Assembly: GCF_006345805.1 (NCBI RefSeq)
Contig: NW_021833788.1
Coordinates: 1 to 55,147 of the forward strand
Direction of reading: 5' to 3'
Source of the DNA: Octopus sinensis
Taxonomy: Eukaryota
DNA length: 55,147 nucleotides
In this document: one piece after another, positions 50,224-55,147 of the stretch
Numbering within the stretch: the first letter of the stretch is position 1
Layout of the letters: the number at the start of each line of letters is the position of its first letter
The notes under the pieces: generated by a model
Seen by the model: the letters and a program-made list of their open reading frames with translations, nothing else
What the model was told of the DNA's origin: nothing
Databases searched by the model: none
Translations under genes and position numbers: made by a program

Positions 50224-50518
50224 AATTCCAGTATCAGATTAACTCCTTAATTAATTAATATCCTTGTATCACACAAAAGACTAGTTTAAACACCGACTTA
50301 AGACTTAATTCCATCGTTCTGACACGACTCACCTCGACCTATACAACTTTAACGAAATAAAAACACACTTTACATACATTTTAAAACATAGTAAATGTGA
50401 CGGCAAAAAAGGTTGAAATCAATATTAAATGTTAACAAATATATATGTAGCGAAAAAATCAAGATATTAATGGATAACTTAAATAAAACGTTGATTAAGT
50501 TTGCAATATCTGACTTAC

Positions 50519-50625
50519 TTGATGGCCATATTATAGCGACACCGAGCTACATCTTGGCTGACTGCAGCGGCCACCGACAGTTCTGTCACTTTGAATTTCC
50601 AGGACTTCAGACGAATAAAGAGGAG
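50519..50625 (-). other. Candidate non-coding first exon of CCDC124
   Basis: Strong donor AA|gtaagt at 50518 and a locally GC/CpG-richer unique stretch. The ATG exon has an acceptor, so an upstream exon must exist. Confidence 0.4.
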
Positions 50626-50637
50626 GAAAAAAAAATA

Positions 50638-51199
50638 TTGGGTTGTCCGGAAAGTTCGTGCCGATTTATAGTAGCTTACCTTTCGACTTATTTTAGAACA
50701 TGGTTGAGTCCATAAAATAGGATTTGACTATACCTCCCTTTAGAGCATTGTCTAAGCTATCTTTTCGTGGAAGAAGGTTTATGTTCCTATAATCTGTGTT
50801 AATTCTGTAACCCTTTAAAATGGAAGATAAGAAAGTTCATTTTCGGCACTTGATGCTTTGGGAACCAGACAAAAATTGCTGCAGCTTGGGATGTGTTATC
50901 CCACCCTCCATATTCACCAGATATTGCTCCTTTGGATTTCCACTTATTCAGGTCTCTGCAGAATAGTCTTAATGGTAAAAATTTCAATTCCTTGGATGAC
51001 GTAAAAAGATACCTTAACAAATTCTTTGCCATAAAACCACCTCAATTCTGGGAAGAGGGTATTTTCAAGTTAAAGGAAAGATGGAGACGCATTGTGCAAC
51101 AAAATGGTTAATATTTAGTTAATACAAAATGTAATGCCAAGTATTTATTGACCTTTATCTTTCCTTTAAAAATCGGCATGAACTTTCCGGACAACCCAA
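50638..51199 (+). mobile_element. Internally deleted mariner element
   Basis: 30-bp TIRs TTGGGTTGTCCGGAAAGTTC(G/A)TGCCGATTT, TA on both flanks, and the transposase C-terminal motif HPPYSPDIAPLDFHLFRSLQ. Confidence 0.92.
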
Positions 51200-51329
51200 T
51201 AGAATAAAATGAATTTTTGTTGGCTCTTTATGAGTGCTTTCGCGTATATATGTGTTAGGTATGTCTATGCGTGTGTGTGTGGGTGTATGTATGTATGTAT
51301 ATATGTATGTATGTATATATATATATATA

Positions 51330-51523
51330 CGTGCAGGTGGCACGTAAAAAACACCCACTATACTCGCGGAGTGGTTGGCGTTAGGAAGGGCATCCAGCCG
51401 TAGAAACACTGCCAGATCTGACTGGGCCTGACAAAGCCTTCCAGCTTCACAGACCCCAGTTGACCCGTCCAACCCATGCTAGCATGGAAAGCGGACGCTA
51501 AATGATGATGATGATGATGATGA
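51330..51523 (+). mobile_element. RTE/SINE tail fragment
   Basis: Reverse complement of 42600-42790. Confidence 0.8.
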
Positions 51524-51546
51524 TATATATATATATATATATATAC

Positions 51547-51706
51547 ACAAAATTTAGAGGATTGACCACTAAGAGTGGACAGCCTCTATGGTAGATATAG
51601 ACGCCAAAATTGTCATTTTCCACATTCTTTGTGGAAAATGGCGATTTTGGCATCTATATCTAGCATACAGGCTGCCCACTTTTGGTGGTCAATCCTCTAA
51701 ATTTTG
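51547..51706. repeat. Imperfect hairpin, ~78-bp arms
   Basis: acaaaatttagaggattgaccac...ttttccaca-ttctt-tgtggaaaa...gtggtcaatcctctaaattttgt. Confidence 0.9.
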
Positions 51707-51913
51707 TATGTAAAAAAATTTTTAATCTTCGGATTTTTTAAATATGCTAGGCCACTGGTTTTAATTGATTAATATCAATTTCTACCCTTATTTAATTTTA
51801 TATATATATATAAATTTAAAATGAGGGTGAGAAATTAGATATTAATTTAATTAACATCGATTTCACACCAGTGGTCTAGCATATAAAAAGACTGAAGGTT
51901 CAGTATATATATA

Positions 51914-52290
51914 CTAGCAGTATCGCCCGGCGTTGCTTGGCTTTGTTTCGACCCTTTAGAATTGGAATTTTTGAAAAGTAAAAATTTTGCATTATGTAGC
52001 TCATTATTCTCTTTAAGTGAACATTTTTCTGGTTGAAATACACCATAAAATGGCGACACAGCAGTCAAAAGATCGTAAAAAGTAGGGATTTTCATAGAAA
52101 AAAAGCACCTTTTTGATGTAAATAATTTTTGGTGTTAACATGGTCTGATTTGAATTTTATTTTCTACGGAATGAAGAGCAAGCCTTCTTCTATCATCTCA
52201 ATTTTGGTCAACTTGCACCGCAGGGTCTCAGAGGAGATAGTGTTAGTTGAAGGCTACCAAACCTGCCATACAACAACTTCAGCTTTATAT
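51914..52290 (-). mobile_element. Non-autonomous Helitron-like element
   Basis: Minus-strand end ...CCAAGCAACGCCGGGCGATACTGCTAG resembles the 3' end at 4466-4493. Confidence 0.6.
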
Positions 52291-52347
52291 ACATATATAT
52301 ATATGTGTGTATATATAGATGCGCGTGTGTGTGTGTGTGTACGTGTA

Positions 52348-52412
<65 letters not shown>

Positions 52413-53539
52413 TATATATGTATATATATATGTATATATATGTATATGTATATATATGTGTGTATGTGTATATATGTATGAATGTATATGTGTAATGTAT
52501 ATGTATATGTATGTATATGTATATATATATGTATATGTGTATGTATATGTATGTATGTGTATGTATGTATGTGTATATGTATATGTGTATATATATTAAT
52601 TAGTGTATATGTATGGACTAGTCTTCTGTGGGTGTGTTGAGGTATGTATGTGTAAGCGTGTATGTGAACATACGTGAATGTATGTAGATGTATGCGTGTA
52701 TGAATAAAACACGTGCGTGTGCATATGTGTATGTGTGTACGTGTGAGTGTGTGGGCGTGAGTGAGTGCTTGCGTTCGTATCAGTAAGTAGATAGATAAAC
52801 GGAATCTTTAGATCATCCCTTGAGACCGGCTGACCGGTCAAGATAAAAATAAAGATATAAACAAAAGTAGTAATAATAAAATTAAAATAAGAGAAAATGT
52901 GTGTGTATGTGAGTGCATGTATATGCATTTGTATATATATGTGCGAGTGGGTATACATATGTGTATGTATATGTATGTATATGTGTATCTGTGTGTACAT
53001 ATATGGGTATGTGTATATATATGTATATGTATGTATATATATATGTATATGTATGTGTATGTATGTATATATATATATATGTATGTATATGTGGGTTTGT
53101 ATGTATATGTATAGATATATGTGAATATGTGGGTGTATATATGTGTATATATATATATATGTAGATGTACAAGTGAGAGTCTCCCTACTTACCTAAAACT
53201 CTATTTTTCTATTTATACTTTTTTATTCTTTTATTTATTCTTTTATCTACTTTACCACCGATTCCTTTGACCACTCCCCTAATAATGACAGTTTTGCGCC
53301 ATGCCTACCCCCAAAAAAGTCCCCCACCACCACCCATTTAAACCTGCCTAAATGTATAAATGCCAAAACAACTCTTGTCTACTAGCTTCCTGATGATTTC
53401 TTTTGAATGAAACAGTTCTAGTCCTGTAGAAGCTCCTTCTATATAATAAAATAAAATATATATATATATATTTATTATATAAATAATAATATATATATAT
53501 ATATTATATATATATGTATGTATGTATATTAAGATTTGG

Positions 53540-53828
53540 CTACTGGTTTGGCTACGCTGCATTGAAAAGGGGCAATACCCCGAAACGCGTCTGTAGCTGC
53601 CGGCCAAGTAGTGTGGAGCGACTGACCTCCCTTGTTCAAAGGTTATATGGATACAGTTTGTGTATCAAATAGCTAACTTACGGCGATGGCCTCATGGAGC
53701 TAATAAGCTCAGCTTTATTCTTATTTTTATAAGAATGCCATATTAGTATGGCGATAACTAATATTTTTCCGGAACGCTGCCGTTGTTCTCTTTTAGAGAG
53801 ACTTAGTAATTTTAATATTTCTATTATA
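53540..53828 (+). mobile_element. Second, diverged and differently permuted copy of the hammerhead-bearing repeat
   Basis: Homologous to 38951-39178 and continues into sequence matching 38818-38878; embedded in (TA)n. Confidence 0.8.
53556..53597 (+). ncRNA. Minimal type I hammerhead ribozyme, U3-A8 core variant (copy 2)
   Basis: GCTGCA|TTGAAAA|GGGG-CAATA-CCCC|GAAAC-GC-GTC|TGTAGC; differs from copy 1 only at the free N7 position and by an A-U to G.U change in stem I. Confidence 0.85.
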
Positions 53829-53909
53829 TATGTATAATTATATATTATATATATGTATATATATATGTATATATATATGTATATATATATATATATATTA
53901 TATATGTAT

Positions 53910-55147
53910 AAAACCTTAATCCTTAAAAATGTTTTAGCCCGAAGGCCGCGGCCATGCTGGGGCACCACCACTGAATGAGCTACACTAGTTTTGTGAATCC
54001 ACCTCTGATACGTGGCACTTGATCAAAAGGGAGTTCGATGCTGCTGCCCGCATCCGTGTCTCCTGTCGTGAGGTAGGTTCATCTGGGACTCCCAACAAGA
54101 AGAGATCCAGTTTAGTTTTAAAGAAACCCACATCCACACCATGTAAGTCTCTCAGGCATTTAGGGAGGATGTTAAAGAGCTGTGGTCCTCTGAAACCCAA
54201 GCTGTTGCAGTATCTGGACCTGTATTTTGATGGTGATGTTGGAATCCTTGGCACCACGCATCGGCGCCCCGTTCTGCAGTTGGAGTAACTTTGAATGCCA
54301 AAGTTTGGGACAAGACCCTCCAGGATTTTCCAGATGTATATCACTGCATATCTCTCTCGCCTCCGCTCCAGGGAGAAGAGGTTTAATACCTTCAGTCTTT
54401 CCCAGTAGCTGACATTTTGCATTGAGACGATTTTCTTTGTGTAGCTATTCTGAGTTGCTTCGAGTTCTGCTGTTTGTTTTATATTGTGTGGTGACCAAGT
54501 TGGGAGCAGTAGTCCAAGCGGCTGAGGACGATGTTTTTCCATAGGACCATCAGTGTCTCCTTCTCTCTTGTTCTGAAAGTTCGGAGAATCCATCACGCTA
54601 GCCGTCTGCATTTTATCACCAGATTAGCAATATGCATTTGGAAAGATGCATCATTGCTCATGTCAATGCCCAGGTCACGCACTGATTTTGACTCAGGGAT
54701 TGCAATTCTTCCTGGGCCAGTGTATCCAGTCTTCACGTCATTTACCTTTGTGTGCCAGTAGCGCAGGGCCTGGAACTTACCTGCATTAAACTGCATGTGT
54801 TGTCCTCAGCCCACCTGTATATTGTGTCCAGCTCATGTTGCAGATGCGCAATATTTTCAGGGTTTTGTATTGCGTGGGAGACTTTGTGTCATCTGCATAG
54901 CTAGCAAGGGTGGTCATCGTAGCAACTGAAGGCATGTCTGAAAGGGCCACTATGAACATCAGTGGCCCCAAGACAGTGCCCTGTGGGACACCACTTGTTA
55001 TTTGCGTTTCCTTGGAGGTGGCTCCATTGCTCACACTGCCTGTTTTCTCTCTTTTAGGAAGTTGTGTGCAGCCACTCTCCAAGTTTCCCGCCTATGCCGA
55101 GACCACGCAGTTTGTGACAGATCATACCATCGTCGACTTTATCAAGG
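53910..55147 (-). mobile_element. CR1-like LINE 3' half, frameshifted, running off the window
   Basis: SGVPQGTVLGPLMF, YADD, RDLGI and SYWERLKVLNLFSLERRRER. Confidence 0.9.

Noticed and set aside
50893-51111. SETMAR-like or functional transposase gene
   Set aside because: It is only a C-terminal fragment within a 562-bp internally deleted mariner.

Overview
AT-rich, microsatellite- and transposon-dense eukaryotic DNA. The repeat families look molluscan, probably octopus; this is inference from repeat recognition, not a database result. One host gene is reconstructable: CCDC124 on the minus strand, with coding exons 46408-46251, 32148-31989, 18421-18304 and 15688-15493 (about 210 aa). All splice phases are compatible, but the first coding exon carries a 1-nt frameshift and an in-frame TAA. 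The rest is decayed CR1-like and RTE-like LINEs, tRNA-derived SINEs, Helitron-like elements, two mariner remnants, several fold-back hairpins and a 6.2-kb array of a 34-bp minisatellite. The most interesting signal is a non-coding, highly self-complementary ~366-nt repeat (38654-39178 and 53540-53828). It carries a minimal type I hammerhead ribozyme with a U3-A8 core in place of C3-G8, shows compensatory base changes between the two copies, and occurs as differently permuted or partially tandem insertions in (TA)n. This fits a retrozyme/circRNA-like element or a Penelope-like terminal repeat. Transposon boundaries are approximate unless a target-site duplication (TSD) or terminal inverted repeat (TIR) is cited.
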